Shown one piece after another: positions 62,559-64,000 of a stretch of 64,000 nucleotides of DNA. The notes beneath the pieces are model-generated. The model ran no database searches, had not been told where the DNA came from, and saw only the letters and a program-made list of their open reading frames with translations. The stretch lies in contig NW_027266273.1 in assembly GCF_022045235.1 (NCBI RefSeq), positions 28,706,001-28,770,000 on the forward strand. Reading direction: 5' to 3'. Numbering within the stretch: position 1 is the first letter of the stretch; each line of letters begins with the position of its first letter. The translations under genes and the position numbers were made by a program. The DNA comes from Haliotis cracherodii (taxonomy: Eukaryota).

Positions 62559-64000
62559 CGCGATCTATGGTCTCGGGCTGTATTAAAGTCGTTCTGCAAC
62601 TGAACCCAAACCAAATGAATAAGTACGTATACTTTCCAGGGTGCCCCATTTTCCAATTCCCCCTGGCTTTGTGAACAAAGCCTACTTTAATGATATTCAG
62701 GTTGGCTTGGCCTTTTAAGTGGAACCCACATCTGACGCAAGAGCGGATGCTAAAATTTCCTTTTTTTCGGATATTGAATTCAGCAGACCGGTGTGGAGGG
62801 TTTACTTCCTATATTGGCCTGTTACATCATTGCTACCGGGCAACTCTGCACGACCCCAACTATGACCTCGTTGAGACGGATGCCGGACCGTCCAAGCCTA
62901 ATTACCTTGGTACGGTTTAAATGCCTTGTTTACATGTTGCGGACGCGACAGATGATAACTCGCGGCTTATCTCATATTGAGAATGATAGAAGAGGAAATG
63001 AGACTGCCTATCGTTTGATCTTTCTGTCGTAATGTCCTGATGTCGTGTGTTTCTGTCTGTGGAACCCACCCGCCACTGGCGTGTTGAGATTAGCAAAGCC
63101 CATGGCGGATCACTGTAGTTGTACACTGCTAGAAGTAGGTTATCTCATGATTGAAGCCATTCACGTGTTTCCATCCTTTGTTGTGGTCATATGTCCTTGG
63201 TTGTTGTGTCTCAGTCTGTTATAACACCGGGTTGCCGGGGTGTGGGCAGGAATTTGGGGTGGGCGTAGGGTCGTGTGTTGTGGGTGTGGGGTTGTCGGGC
63301 TGGGTGTGGCGTTATGGGATGGGTCGGGGTATCAGATGTGCAAACATCATCAGTTAACCCTGTTATGAAATGATTGCAGCAGGAGAAGTCAAAAAGCAGA
63401 ATGTACAAGGTTGTTGTTTAAATAGTTTTTACAAAGGTCGCTTAGTTCAAGGGTGGTTACTCATCATGCACGTTCACGATTATTTCCAATAAAATCGTTT
63501 TAAAAAGGAATGTGATTCGCTTTTTGATGCTGTCGATAACACTAACAACATGGACATGACGCTATGCACGGCCTTGTTTTGAAGGAAATCTAATATCCCT
63601 TTATTACCGATTTCCGAACATGCTCCGAAGTAGTAACTGATATATCAAACAAACATTCGTTAACGTGTAACCCAATTTCTGATTAAAAAACTTAATTAAA
63701 CCAAAAGTAACAAATAACAGACAAAAAACGGCTGAAGAGATAGCATATTTCAATTCGAGGACAAATGTGAAAGTAGGTGAGTGTCAATTGAAGCGAATGG
63801 GGCATCTGATGACATGAAAGATGTTCCCTGAGGAGCTGAACCACCAGTTGATTTTGCCTTTGAAGGAATACAAAAACATAGGAAACTCCTCCAGAGCATC
63901 ATAAAAATAATCCGTGTAACGCTGGTCAACAAAGCGGGGAGCTGGAGTCTACAGTGAGATCAGGACGATCACGCCCTTGTGGTATACCATCTCTTTTGAT

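Noticed and set aside
63785-63950. Minus-strand open segment TPAPRFVDQRYTDYFYDALEEF... after a possible acceptor
   Set aside because: No recognisable homology, and it lies at the window edge; cannot be supported.

Overview
Repeat-saturated eukaryotic (animal) genomic DNA with no recognisable intact host gene, rRNA, genuine tRNA or CRISPR array. The SINE families and the Helentron-like element resemble those of molluscs; a gastropod such as abalone is my inference, not verified. About a quarter of the window is made of 17 different minisatellite arrays (units 18-67 bp). These arrays account for almost all long ORFs in the track, which are artefacts. Between them lie three tRNA-derived SINE families (several copies with target-site duplications) and a Nin-domain-like SINE. 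There are also four Tc1-type elements, a MULE with a decayed transposase, a TIR MITE, a hairpin-ended Crypton-like element, a Helentron-like non-autonomous element, LINE remnants and very decayed DIRS/Ngaro-like and Gypsy-like fragments. The most unusual signals are: (i) a cluster of six hammerhead-ribozyme-like motifs, four of them in tandem, in Penelope-like termini at 32.5-33.0 kb; (ii) a LINE flanked by an exact 42-bp direct repeat; (iii) a 39-bp array with a higher-order repeat marked by a unique spacer; (iv) neighbouring arrays that share a seed motif in opposite orientations; (v) a ~75-bp-arm palindrome capped by a GCGTAGC mini-hairpin. All calls were made by eye; coordinates of decayed elements are approximate.
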